Part shown: positions 27,440 to 41,269 of the stretch, in pieces
How the letters are laid out: the number at the start of each line of letters is the position of its first letter
How positions within the stretch are numbered: position 1 is the stretch's first letter
From: Callorhinchus milii
Taxonomy: Eukaryota
Reading direction: 5' to 3'
DNA length: 64,000 nt
NCBI RefSeq assembly: GCF_018977255.1
Contig: NW_024704742.1
Location: 60,576,001 to 60,640,000 of the forward strand
Made by a program: the position numbers and the translations under genes
Notes under the pieces: generated by a model
The model's database searches: none
Told to the model about the DNA's origin: nothing
What the model saw: only the letters and a program-made list of their open reading frames with translations

Positions 27440-28340
27440 TGGAATCCTATCATTTGAATCATAAATTATGTTGATATTTCTATCTTAAAGTTTAAATTTG
27501 GTTATGTTGCCTAACAGTTCATTAGATTGTTATGCACAAAATGTTTTAATAATTTATCATCCCATATGAAAAATGTTTAATTCGGCTTCAGATAGCAATG
27601 TATTGCTCATAATTTCTAACATTTCTGATGCAAAGCTTAATTACTCAACCATGTATTTGATCAAATCTCTTTGTTATTACAGAGTGACATTTGATTGTTA
27701 TCATTGGAGGCGTTTCCGAGCTTACTTTCCTTCCCAGACTTTTTTCGCACTTTGCAAATAATGCAGATTTAAATGATAAAAACAGAAGTCTCAATTTACA
27801 TTTACAATCTGTTTTGCATGTTTTCAATATCCCAAATTAAACCCTCCCCTCCCAAGGTTGAGATCATTTCAGTATTCTACTATGATCTGCATGATTCATA
27901 GGAAACTAAGGAAAGAGTATCATTTTTTTAATCAAGTCCACTGTGCTGCCATGAGCAGATTTTTTTTCTTTATTCACTAAAATGAATACAATATATGGGC
28001 TCCTTACTCACATATGCTCTAGTCATAGAATAACATGTGAAATAAATGTTTACAACACAGAAAAAATCATTCTTCTGTACAAATGGTCACTGTTTCTGTG
28101 GTTGTTTAACTTTCCCCACTGAAGCTCTCTGATCTTGTCACATTCCCTGCTCTTTACCTTACCCCTTAATATTTTTCTTCTCTTTTTCATGCCCCCATCA
28201 CAGCATCAAGCTGCTTTTTAAATAAGTCCAATGTCCTGTTCTCAACCACCTTTCCTAGCAACCTGTTCCAGTTGTTTATCCATATCTATGTATTTGTGTT
28301 TGTTTGTTTCCCTGCTCCTCCAATTCATAAATTTTTTATC
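27440..28340 (+). repeat. Segment duplicated in inverted orientation at 60108-61345 (copy 1); includes an old minus-strand CR1 3' end at ~28020-28290
   Basis: GGAATCCTATCATTTGAATCATAAATTATGTTGATATTTCTATCTTAAAGTTTAAATTTG (27441) matches the reverse complement of 61285-61344; collinear blocks continue to CCTGCTCCTCCAATTCATA (28311). Confidence 0.92.
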
Positions 28341-29424
28341 AATTGAGTATATTTTCTAACTTTGTCCTTCCTCTCAAAATACATTACTTCCCATTTCTCT
28401 GCATTGAATTCCATTTATTGCCACATAACAATTTCAGGCATTCTCTCCTGAACACACTTCTACCAAGGTAAATTATCAACAGGTGTCTTTCAATAACTTG
28501 CCTAAGTTAGTGATTATTTACATGTGAGCATTTATGGGGATAGCAGTAATCTAATCAGCCACATGGTGCCTCACAGTTAAGTGTAACCTTATCACCATGT
28601 ACATTCAACTCATGTTGTGTGGGTTTGAACCTATAATCTTCTGACACAGAGGCAAAATTGCTACCTTCTGAGCCAAGTTGATTGTCTTGTAGCATTTAAA
28701 ATAGAATTGAATATCTTAAAAAGTTCTTGGAATAAAAGGCAGTATAACCAGAGAATGAAATAGATTGATGATTATAATGGCAAATTGAATTATAATCTTT
28801 GCATTCAATATGGTGCCTGATCACATTGAAAAGTGGCTTCTTTGTAATTAAAGTGAAACTCTAATAACTCACCCCTAGGATAAGTTGACAACTCCACATA
28901 ACTCATGACTCACTCAATATCCTGTCTATTTCCCATGAGAATTTGGTGCCAGGATTTCTAACGGTAGATTTCGCCCACAATATATACAGTCAATTCACTT
29001 TACAGCATATTCTGTAAAGTGCTTTGAGACATCTCGAAGACGCGATGAGGCCCGATATCAAATGCAAGGATCATTATTATTATTACCTATATTGGACTGA
29101 TGAACAACAATCATAATAAGAATGTTTCACTCTAGTTAAATGAATAATTAATTTTCTTTCTAAAGTATTCTGATCAACTTATGAATGTAGTACAATTATT
29201 TTCCCTTAAGCTCATCCACTAGGGAGGCATGAAACAAAAGTTTATTTTCGTTATGTGTGTTCACACCTCTATCTTTTCTCTGTCTGGGAGATGTGGCTCT
29301 GTAGGAATTCAAGTAACTCAAGAGCAAAGGAATAAAGTCAATAACAAGGCACACAACTCAGTAATCAAGCATATAACTCAGTCACAAAACACAGAACCCA
29401 GTAACTGAATACTTAACTCAATGA

Positions 29425-29776
29425 TACTAATCCTTTAATTTATTATAGCACCTTATCACATCGTTGAGACATCTCAAAGTGCTTCACAGATATTACTGTA
29501 AAGTGAATTGACTGTGTGTGAAACATGGGAGCCAATCGTGCACAGCAGTGATGACAAACAGTCATGGATTGAGTGACCAAATGTTTTGTTAAGGGATTAT
29601 TACCCCAGGAAGAGTTATCTGCCAACCAACTAACAACCAGGTTCCTATTTATTGCTAGGTAAACAAAGGCGTGTGGAGTAAGGAAATTTGCCTAACATTT
29701 TGCCCTGCCTGGGAATTGAAGCTGGGTCCTCTCACTTGCGAGGTAAGTGCTCTAACCGATATACTACAGGACTCTA
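29425..29776 (-). mobile_element. SINE family A, long form
   Basis: Full head ..TACAGGACTC, CTAGGTAAAC middle block, tail. Confidence 0.85.
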
Positions 29777-30774
29777 CGAAAAAAACATGTAACTCTGAAA
29801 CAAAACCCCAAATTGTTGTGTTTTTGATATAATCTAACATCTAATGACTTTACGAGTCCCAAAAGTATATTCTAAACAACTTCCCCAAAGATCAGTTTCT
29901 TCCCCTCCCTATTGTACACCATGAATTCCTGCTCCATGCTTATTTTAACACAGCGCTGCAATATACACAAGGGAGCTGTGCCATTGTTTATGTAATCTCT
30001 TATGATTTATTTTCCACTTCTGTTTCATTTCAATGAGAACTAAAGAAACAATAAACCCTAATCTGCAACTTGTCTGAACCAAATATCAGTTCAGTTTTCA
30101 CAACATAACTCCCTTCCCGTGGAAGCATCACCCACCATATGTATTTAGGGAATGAAGTGATTTCAGGATTCCGACCAGTTGATGTCTGTACTTCAGTTTA
30201 GAAAGAGAACCATTATGTAAGAAAAATCCCATTGAATGCATTTTCCAGTTAGATAAATGTATGCAAAATTGGGATGTCAATCAGTCACATGGGTTTCAAA
30301 AGCAGCGTGTAGGAAACAGGAAACTTTTCATTCATTTTAGAACTGGTTGAAAAAAACAAACCTTAAAATGTGGTAAGTGTGTGAGAAGCTGCAGCCCTGT
30401 TCTCAATGAAAGATTGAACAGAAGACCCTTGTGCAGTCTTGAGTTCCGTGCTGTGAATCAAATAATATTGTCTCATCTCAGTGCAAATTTATGACCATTT
30501 AGTGTTATTTCTAAGGCTCTTTGAAGAGCAATACATGATGAGAATTATGCGTGGTTTGGATTTACAAAGGTTACCCTTCTACGCCTGCCAGCTTGTAAAA
30601 CACGTTTGGCTTCCTGGAACACAAGCTGCGACCAAGAAACTTTCATCTGTAGACAGCAACCCATCAGGGTTAAACAGCAGAGAGGGGTCAAATATTTGGA
30701 GTTCTACTATGTTTGGGATTTGAAAGCATTCATCCAAAATTCTCAATGGATTAAACAGTGGAGTGATGCTGGGA

Positions 30775-30870
30775 GGTGGCGAGGGGGGCTGTCTCCTTGG
30801 GATTGTGCTGCCTCCAAAGTATAACTGGCAATGGAATATTGGATTCAAGTTAATCCTCTGTGTTTGTCTT
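30775..30870 (+). mobile_element. Family X, diverged 5' fragment
   Basis: GTCTCCTTGGGA..ATGGAATATTGGATTCAAG..CCTCTGTGT aligns with GTCTCCTTGGAG..ATGGAATGTCGGAATCAAG..CCTCTGTGT at 59564-59639. Confidence 0.55.
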
Positions 30871-31464
30871 GTTAATTCAGTTCTTGAGACAGCCATGTCC
30901 ACAGTACTCCAGAGTATTGCACTTTACAGACACTATACTTTACAGTAAATCCTGTGAAGCACTTTGAGATGTCCTCCTAATGTGAAAAGGAAAGACGCTA
31001 TATCAAATGCAAGGATTAATATTATTATTTTCTTCCTCCCTACATATCCACTATTGAAAACTAACATTATGGGACCTTTCCATGTATATGGAAATAATTC
31101 TTAGAAAGAGACCATTTACATCAAACCCACCTCTCCTTTCATGTCAGGAAGACCACTCAAAAAAGCGCTTCGCAGGATTTACTGTAAAGTGTAGCAACTG
31201 TGTATTTTGTAGGCAGTTTTAATTTGTTATACTCTCTGACTGTTGATCACTATTTATTTATTCATATAATAAAGATGAAAAAAGAAGTTTCATTTTTATA
31301 GCGCCTTATATATAAACATGTTTCTAAGTGATTTAAATATTGTTTTATTCCACACATTAAGTATTATCGAATATGTTTTATGTAAGCAAGCATGACACAC
31401 AGCAACAACAAACCATTTACACAGACCAAGACCCACAAATAGCAATGAAGTAAACAACCATTAA

Positions 31465-31908
31465 CAATAATAAACCTTTTATCTGATATAGCACCTTATA
31501 ATGTCATTGGGATCTCTCGAAGCACTTCACAGAATATACTGTAAAAGTAGATTTTTTAAAAGTATTTATTTATTAAAATTAAAAATTAATTAAAATTAAA
31601 TTAAAATTAAAATTAAAATTAAAAATTAATTATTTATTTATTAAAACTGTATGTTTGTTGGGTGAAACGTGGCTGCCAATTGTGCACAGTTGTGTCCCAC
31701 AAACAGCCATGGATTGAATGACCAATTTATTATTATTATTTTTTGGAGGGATTATAATCCCTGGAAAGTGATCCGTCAATTGACTAACGACCAGGTTCTT
31801 ACTTGCTGCTAGGTAAACAGAAACTTGTGGAGTAATGAAACTCGCCTAAGGTTTGCCCTGCCCAGGAATTGAACTGGGGTCCTCTAAACAATATGCTACA
31901 GGACTCCA
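31465..31908 (-). mobile_element. SINE family A, long form, with an internal AT-rich (TAAAAT)n insertion at ~31550-31645
   Basis: Ends GCTACAGGACTCCA; SINE sequence is collinear on both sides of the AT block. Confidence 0.85.
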
Positions 31909-32709
31909 TATAATCATGTAATCATGTAATATAACATTAATATTAAGTATTTGACTATTCAGTTGTGAATGCTTTGCATCATTATGTACATCATGATACA
32001 TCCACACAGAGAAACCTTGCAGTAACAATTAAAATGAAAGTAAGTGCCTATTGGATATGTGATTGTTGCTCAGATAAATTACTATGAATCGTGTGAACTG
32101 CCTCGAGTGAACTCAGGGAGGACCAGGGTTGCAACAGAGCATCCACAGAAAACACAAGATGCAATCAAATCATTTTCACAAAAACAAAATTCCAAAACAC
32201 ATTCTGCACAATCTTGTGCAGAAAAATCATATTGTGGCCAATTTAATTCCCCGGAGGAAATAGCTGTAAGCTAATGCTGTCTCTTGGAAGAGCTTGTGAG
32301 CTGAGCAGTTTCAAAATCCAGTCCGTAGTGAATTTAAACCAAACATCATTAACTTAGCATAAGTTTTATGAACATTTCAATAAGTCATTCAGTTTTTCTT
32401 TTTCTGGACAGAAACATTACAAGCTTTCAGGGATAGAGTTTTCACATCATCAACAATATCCAAACATCAGCTTTAAAGCCTCAAGGCTCTTTGCAGCGCA
32501 CAATAAAAAACACTGATATTGATCCTTACATTTGACTTGGTACGTTTCACATCAGGAGCTCATCGCAAAACACTTCACACGAGATGCTAGTGAATGTATA
32601 TTTGTAGACAAACATAACAGCAATGTCCCACAAACAGCCATAATGTGAATGACCATTTTTTAATTTGGGGGATTGTTGGTCAGGACACCAAGAGTAATTT
32701 CCTTCACTT

Positions 32710-33012
32710 TAGGATTATTCTCCATGGAGCAGGAAAGGTTAAGAGGAGACTTAATAGAAGTTTTCAAAATGATGAAGAATTTGATAGGGTGAACAAGGAG
32801 AAACTACTTCCACTAGTGAGTGGGTTGGTAACCCAAGGACAATGATTTAAAATAGTTGTTAAAAGAAACAGAGGGGAGGTGAGGAGAAATGTTTTCACGC
32901 AGCAAGTTGTTTGGATCTGGAACGCATTACCTGAAAGGATGGTGGAAGCCGATTCGATAGAAGTAGATCATTATTTGGGGAGGACAAATTTGCAGGGTTA
33001 TGGGGACAGAGC
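32710..33012 (+). mobile_element. CR1 ORF2 C-terminal fragment
   Basis: GLFSMEQERLRGDLIEVFKMM..RRNVFTQQVVWIWNALPERMVEA. Confidence 0.9.
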
Positions 33013-33896
33013 TATTTACACAAGCGCATTGTGGTTATTCTTTGCTTTTTGTTACATTTACTGGCTTTTGGCAGAGATTATCTGCTTGTTAATAAATTTA
33101 GCAATCTTTGGCTGTGAATGCTTGTATTTAAACTGTCATTTTGATAGTCCTGGCTCTATTGTCAGCCAGATTTCTATTGTTTCCCAGATTTATTTTAGCT
33201 GTCCTAGCTTTTTGTACCCCGTCAAAGATTGGTAAATTTAACGATCAGCATAAAATAACTCCCACTATATCTCTAAGGACACAATCTACTTGCTTTATTT
33301 GGATACAAAATAAAGCAGATTCAACATGAAGCACGTTAATAAATGTCTAATACATATCAATATTATCTTTGCTTTATGAGGCAAACCAATGTAAAGTGCC
33401 TTTTTTAGAAATAATCTCTGGCAATCTGCCACAAACAGTAAACTAAAAAGCCCCTGTTGTCCATCTTTGACTTTCAAATATTTATTGAACTTTTCTTATA
33501 TTTTTTTTAAAAGCTAAAAAGTGCTTGAAGAATTGAAAATGGATGATTCCTGCCTTCTATATCAAATAGAAGGATTATTTTAATAGAGCTAAGGTTACAT
33601 GTAAATAAATTAAAGTGAAATACACCATACCCATTGAGGCATAATTGAAATTGCCAAAAATCCAGGTTCCACTGTACTGAATGGTTATTTAATAAAAAAA
33701 GATGCACCACCAATGTTATATATAATAAACCATACAGCATTGGTTCCAGAGAAATGGCATGAACCTGAAGGTTTCAGATGGTATGAATTACAATTTGTTA
33801 AGCAATATTTTATCAATGAATGAACTAATTCAGAACGGGATCCTGCTTCAGCGATTGTTATACGTTAAAACTGATCAAGAAAGTTAGGATCTCCAG

Positions 33897-34178
33897 AATA
33901 TAATAATAATAATAATAATCCTTGCATTTGATATAGCGCTTTTCACGTCGGGAGGACGTCCCAAAGCGCTTCACGGAACACACTGTAAAGTGAATTGACT
34001 GTATATTTGTGGGCAAACGCGGCAGCAATGTCCCACAAACAGTCGTTGATTGAAAATGATCAATTTTTTTTTATTATTGTTTTTGGTTTTGGAGGGATTA
34101 TTATTATGTGTGTGGAGTAAGGAAACTTGACCAAGGTTTCTCCCTGCCTGGAATTGAACTCAGGTCTCTCGCTTGAAA
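33897..34178 (-). mobile_element. SINE family A, short form, young, 5'-clipped
   Basis: Tail TTTCACGTCGGGAGGACGTCCCAAAGCGCT, near-identical to 12720. Confidence 0.9.
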
Positions 34179-34244
34179 AGGCTCCATTATTATTGTTGTG
34201 TATATATATATATATACACACACACATATATATATATATATAAT

Positions 34245-34560
34245 ATCGAAAACAAAAATAGAAGTTGCTGGGAACACTCATCAGGTCAGGCAGCATCTAT
34301 GGAGAAAGGAAAGTGAGTCAACGTTTCAGGTCCATGACCATTCATCAGAGCTGGGGCATGTTGGGAGGGAGAGGCTTTTTAAGGGCTAACAGAGAGGGGG
34401 GAGGCAGGGCAAAGAAGACAAGGAGAAAAATGGGGCAGAGGACAGGAGATGATAGGTTAAAGGACATACCTTAACCCTAACCCTAGTGCTGAGTATTCCC
34501 AGCGACTTCTGTTTTTGTTTTTTAGATTTCCAGCATCGGCTGTATTTTGTGTTTTGCATA
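34245..34560 (-). mobile_element. Penelope-like terminal repeat (34245-34462, minus) with an inverted partial terminus (34487-34560, plus)
   Basis: 34250-34462 is the reverse complement of 59288-59500; 34487-34557 matches 59466-59530 in forward orientation. Confidence 0.75.
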
Positions 34561-34599
34561 TACATACTGAACCCTGAGACTTTGCCAGGAGTTTACGTC

Positions 34600-34955
34600 A
34601 AATAATAATCCTTTAATCCTTGTATTTGATGTAGCACCTTATCATGTCATTGAGATGTCTCAAAATGTTCACAGGATTTTACTATTAGGTATAGTGACTG
34701 CCTAGGCAAACATGGTAGTTAATTTGTACAGAACATTGTCCCACAAACAGCCATGAGAATTTTATCTGGGTGGTTGTTGGCCAAGACATCAAGCGAAAGC
34801 TGTGACCTCAGTTTAACATCTCATCAAAGGATGGCACCTCTAACCATGAAAAACATTTCCAGCACTGTATTGTAGTGTCAGCCTACACTGTGAGTTCAAA
34901 GTCCCAATGTAGGGCTTGGATCCACAACCTTCTTACTGAGAGGTGAGAGTGTTAT
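34600..34955 (-). mobile_element. SINE family B
   Basis: Tail, CCTCAGTTTAACATCTCATC..GATGGCACCTC core, CCACAACCTTC..GAGAGTG head. Confidence 0.8.
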
Positions 34956-36119
34956 TGCGCCTTTCACGATGGGAGGATATCGCAGTGCACTTCACAGGAT
35001 ATTCTGTAAAGTGGAATGACTGTTGTAAAGGTTTGCCAAATGAACAGGCTGAAACCTGCAGCACAAATTAAACCTCAAACATTGCATGTTCTGTTGGAAC
35101 TCTGCTCCTAACACCATCTTGATTTGGAGGTTATTTAAGAAATATTGTGATTTGACTCACAAATAAATACAGCAGTTGGTTGTTCTTTCAAATACACAGC
35201 GGCTTGAATGGTTTTGTTCTGTGGCATAAACTTCTCTGGTGAAAATCAAATTAGACATCCTTCTCCATGATTGTGGCTGTTCTAAGATCAGTGAGGAACT
35301 TTAAAAGAACCATCTGTTGTGCAAATATAATTGCCTTAAAAAAGCTATATTCATAAAGTATAAGTTGGACATCCTGCTTCACATCACTTATTTCAGTCGT
35401 GGATTGGGTGACCAAATTATTTTTTACAGTAAGTACGAACCCAGTTGTTAGTCAATTAGCAAAAAGTGATCTAACAATTGACTATCAACCAGGTTCCTAC
35501 TTACTGCTATGTAAACAGAAGCATGTGGAGTAAGGATTACTTGCCGGTATCTGCTTGATAGAAGCACCACAATTAAGGTGACTTCAATCTTCAAGGGCAG
35601 TGAGATTTACCACCATTGGAATTTCAGGTTCCAGTATCTGATGGATTATACCCTGAAAGAGTTAAAGAAGGTTTTAATTAAAGGGGTAAAAATATTTATG
35701 TGGGAATCTTAATGGTGATCAGTTTTCTGTGAATCATATTCTTCTGAATTGGTTGTAATTGTTATAATAATAATAATCTTTGCATTTGATATAGCTCCTT
35801 TTCAACATGTCTGAAAGCACTTCACCAGGTCTGGTGATTGTGCATTTTTGGTGAAACCAGCAGCCAATTTGCTCACAGTATTGAAGAGGATAACCAATAC
35901 TATTTGGGACATTGTTGGTTGGGGCACTGGAATAAACTCTTTTTGAATCGTGCTATGAGATTCACCTGAACAGGAACTCATTCAAATTCATCTAACTCAT
36001 CCAAAGCATGTTGCTTCCAGAAATGCAAACCCCCCACTTCAGGCGCTCTGGGATGCTATCCTGCGTGAGGGGTGCTATATAAATGCAAGGTGTTGTTGTC
36101 CTCGTTGAATATCAGCTTA

Positions 36120-36285
36120 GACTGCGGAAATAATAGATAATTATTTGGAGAGGACAAGTATTCATGGCTACGGGGAGTGAGCGGGGGAGTGGTATTGACT
36201 TGGATGGCACTTTTCAAAGAACCGGCACAGACACAATGGGCTGAATGATCTCCTTCTGTGCTGTGTAAATCTATGATACTGTGAC
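36120..36285 (+). mobile_element. CR1 3' end
   Basis: GGCACAGACACAATGGGCTGAATGATCTCCTTCTGTGCTGT..CTATGA; similar tail at 14130-14220. Confidence 0.8.
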
Positions 36286-36365
36286 TGTGGGTTCGAAGTT
36301 CTAGCATGAATCTGAGGTGAGAGTGCTAACAACTGAGCCAGGCTGACACTTTTGACTGAACATTA

Positions 36366-36967
36366 TTTTTTTTGGTCAGCTCGGTGTCTGACACATGTGG
36401 AAATCCATCACCATGTTTAATGGTGATGGGTTTCACCATTCCAAGAAAACTGAGAATTCCATGCCTCCCACCTACACATGTAAATCCCAGGGATAGATTG
36501 TTGGAATGGAATGCACCCTTTTTCCCTGAAGGGATGCATCCTGCTTACCTAATTCCAGAAGATATTCGGCGCAGGTTGACAAGAGACAAGGCTTGGGGAT
36601 CCGAGTGTGTGTTGGAGTGCTGCTGGAGTCTGACCAGCTAAAACCGCCTATATCGCTGCCACGGATATTGCTGTCTGGCAAGTTATCCGCTGCTTGTCCA
36701 GCTACGACCACCATACCTGTTAGTGCTTTTCCTTGTAGGGTTAACAGAAGCTGAGTGGGATGAATCCCTGCCCTAAGTCCTGCCGATGAGCCAGGCTGGC
36801 TGTACTGTCATCAGCAGTGCCCTGGAATACTGCAGAGTTGCCGACTCGGAAACCAGACTACTGCAAACACCATTGGCTCGGTTCTGACATACTGTTGCCA
36901 GACATAGCATCTTGGAGCCCGTTCATTCCAAGGAGACCCACTGACCTCCTTCCAAAGGAGGATTGAT
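36366..36967 (-). mobile_element. Family X, full-length copy (unclassified A-tailed retroposon)
   Basis: Collinear with 59535-60118 along its whole length; T-run at 36366-36373; CATTA direct repeat at 36361-36365 and 36968-36972. Confidence 0.85.
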
Positions 36968-37609
36968 CATTAAAAAACTTCAGAATGAAGCTCCAGAATT
37001 GTCCACATCGTGGCTGGTAATACAATATAATTTACACAGCACCTTATCATGTCAAGAGATCGCCTAAACAAAGTGATTATTGGCCTCAAAAGCATGTCTA
37101 GGGAACAATTAACTTTTTTCCAAAGGAAGAAAATGGTGAAGACAAAAAGAATAATTTTCACCCAATCAATATTTCATTCCTCTTTGGATCCAGGAAATTA
37201 TCATCTGTTGTGAAATCATAGTTAAATAATGTCAACTGTACTGTCAGATCTATGTTCTCCCTGTTCCGATCAGCTTCAAGGGTCATAGAATCACAAATAG
37301 TTTGACGCTTTCATTTCTTGGAAGTTTATTGACCTCCTTCGGGAGATGAAATAAAATGGCAACATGCAAAAAGACTGAAAGCACTGATAGTATCTAATCT
37401 TCACCTCCAAAGCTTCATTCCATGGATTGCTACTTTTGTATGACTTTTGGCTTCTTATGGCATTTTGGCTTCCTAATAGCTTGTAACTTCCACTCTGAAG
37501 GGTAATTTTTTTCCCCCTATCCTTAATTGTCAAGAACCAGCATCTTTCACCTTTGTTTCCTCAATAAAAGAGCAGTTACAAAGCATTTTGGCAATATGCT
37601 TGTCTCATG

Positions 37610-37950
37610 CATCAGGAATTTGAGTTGATAATCTAGACAGACACTCCTGTGGGGGAGCATTGCATTGTTAGATCTGCCATTGGGATCAAACATTGAAGCT
37701 GTTTAGGTGCCTGTTTAGGTGGACACTAAAGATCCCATGGTACTATTTAAAAAGAGGAGTTTCTGCCGGTGTTCTGGCCAACAATCACCCAGATGAAATT
37801 GATCACTCACTTCATGCATGTTTGTGGGGCATAACCGCAAAATTAGCTAATGCATTCGCCTACAGTTACAGTCTTTTTTCACAGTAAAAATGCTGCAAAA
37901 TGCTTTGTGAAATGTTTCAATGACATGATAAAGCGCTATATCAAATTCAT
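37610..37950 (+). mobile_element. SINE family B
   Basis: GCCTGTTTAGGTGGACACTAAAGATCCCATGGTACTATT core and tail. Confidence 0.75.
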
Positions 37951-38922
37951 ATTTAAGAGTTAATACTACGAGTTAGCCACATATTAGACAATGACAATTT
38001 GATTACATGTGAAAGCACAAGATCGAAAGTTCAAACTTAGCTAGTTCAGTGGTTCATTGTCAAAAGCTTGGGAAGGGGCAATTTGTTCCATAACCAAATC
38101 CAAAAGCCCTGGAGTGAAGAAATATTTCACTGAGCCAATATCACTTGTGCAGGACAATTGACGAATGGGTTGATCCAATGGGGACAGAGTCAATTTGGTT
38201 TCACAAAATTTAATTCCAAGATAAATAAATGATTGCACAAAACTTAACATAATCACTGACTTATATACAGAATATTCTGCTTGGAGCCATAACAGGGATG
38301 TGGTTACCATGTGATAATTGCAATTATCAAGCTCTAGACAAGCCAGCACCACTGACAGTAAACTGTCTACTCCGTTGCATTTGCTGACTGATCTTTTCCA
38401 AGCGTAATACTTCCTGTGGGTAGAAATCTGAACTGTGCATGTGAAGACTTGTCTAGGTTTCAGCAGATTTGTTACCTTTATGAGACAGACTGGTAACTGA
38501 GGTAAACCTAATTTATAGATAGCCTGAAGGCAAGTTGCAGTGAAATGACCACCATAGAAGTCATTATTAAAATGGACATGATATGGCATAATTTGTAGTG
38601 AGGAATTCCTGAATAAGGAATTCCCTTAGAAATCCTGTTGACCTGTAGGACATCTGCTCCAGCAGTAGATCATGTTGGGCAAAGTTTCCACTGTGGAAAT
38701 GGCTCATGGTGTAATTTTGATGACTTAGGCGAGTCCACATTTGTGCAGCTCAAGGTTCATTAATATAATAATAATCCTTGCATTTAATGTAGAACTGTTC
38801 ATATCTGAAGGACATCTCAAAGCCCTTCACAGGATATGTTGTAAAGTGTAGTGACTATATTTTGTAAGCAGTTGCCTTCACGTCAAGAAATACCTCAAGT
38901 TACGCCCTGATATGAACTTAAA

Positions 38923-39670
<748 letters not shown>

Positions 39671-40636
39671 TGGTAATAGTAGTAAGTGTGAATTGTGTTG
39701 CATAACTTCTGTGGCTATTTTCTGGTGCTATTTTAAATTAGCGAACTTCTGTACATCAGGATTCCAACCCATGATGTTTGTGTTATTAGTCCTCAAACAT
39801 TACCACCGCATTACCATTCCCTCATAGATCCTAACTTAGCATTATTTTCCGAGCAAGACAAGATTCCAGACAGGAATAGAATATTTCTGTTTGGCCCTCA
39901 GGTAAGTTTTGACTTTGACTTGTATAGTTTTATCAGTTCTCATATTACACATCCAATAATATCAGAGTAATTTCTAAGAAATTGAATCATGTTCATACAA
40001 GTATAACCTCTCATCCCCCCATACTAAAATACTTCAACAGTTGATGAAAGGTAAATACACAGAGAAGCATTGTATTGTTGGAGGTTCCACCTTCAGATTA
40101 GATGATAAACCAAGGCGCTGTCTGCCTGTACAGGTAGAAATTAAAGATCCCCTGGCACTACTCAAAAAGTAAAGGGAGTTGCTCCTAGTGTCACGGCCAA
40201 CAATCCCCCAGATACAATAACCATTTCCTTCATAGCTGTTTGTGGCAGAAATTGGTTGCTCTGTTTATTTACAAAATAAATATCACTACATTTACAGTGA
40301 ATCCTGTGAAGTGCTTTCCTCCTAACATGAAAAGCATTTCCTGGAGAAATCCCATAAGGCAGGGTACTACTTTTGTTCATCCTTTAGTAGCCACATCATG
40401 AAAAGCAATATTGGAAGCAGATTACCTACCTGCAGGCATCTAATTTGTGAGTTACAAAAGGATTTATAACTTGTGAACTGTGCAGATGTGTCGATGATCC
40501 ACACAGATGATGATCGATGCCCTCTCACTGCAACTGAAAGGTATACAAAAACTCACAGCGTCCATTGTAGCTCTTATGATGAACAGCTTCCTGAAGTAAA
40601 CCCGCAAGATTTCTTGGTACCTTTTGACACATAACA

Positions 40637-40948
40637 TAATAATAATAATAATAATAATCCTTGCATTTGATATAGCGCTTTTCACGTCAGGAGGACGTCC
40701 CAAAGCGCTTCACAGAATATACTGTAAAGTGAATTGACTGTATATTTGTGGGCGAACGCGGCAGCCAATTGCGCACAGCAGTGTCCCACAAACAGTCATG
40801 GATTGAAAATGACCAATTTATTATTGTTTTGTTTTTTTGGAGGGATTATTATTAGGCGTGTGGAGTAAGGAAACTTGCCCAAGGTTTCGCCCTGCCTGGA
40901 ATTGAACTCAGGTCTCTCGCTTGCAAAGCGAGTGCTCTAACCACTGAG
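40637..40948 (-). mobile_element. SINE family A, short form, young
   Basis: Near consensus, CpG-rich, long (TAA)n tail. Confidence 0.92.
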
Positions 40949-41269
40949 TATGGTAGTAGTATTCAGTTGTCTTTCTTTGTAGAAAGGCCCCTATAATGGT
41001 GGTTTAAATACAAACAGCATTGCAAATGCATGATGGCAATTCTTCTTTATTTTTAATGCACAGCTCTCTGTATTAAAATTCTCTTTGTGTCTGAAAGATG
41101 ACCAGAAATGTTTAACATTTCTAAATATATAAACCTACTCTGACAAAACTCACTGAAATCAAATTATACTAATTGAGAACAGACCAAAGAAATTGAGTTT
41201 ACCAATGTTTATACTGATCCTGGAGCCACAGTGACCAAGGATACCACACAGTCCTGGTGTCAGCTTTCT

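Noticed and set aside
31550..31645. AT-rich repeat array as a functional element
   Set aside because: Slippage expansion inside a SINE.
40485..40635. Possible coding exon (TDDDRCPLTATERY...)
   Set aside because: Several frames are open, there is no recognisable homology, and no compatible exon is supported.
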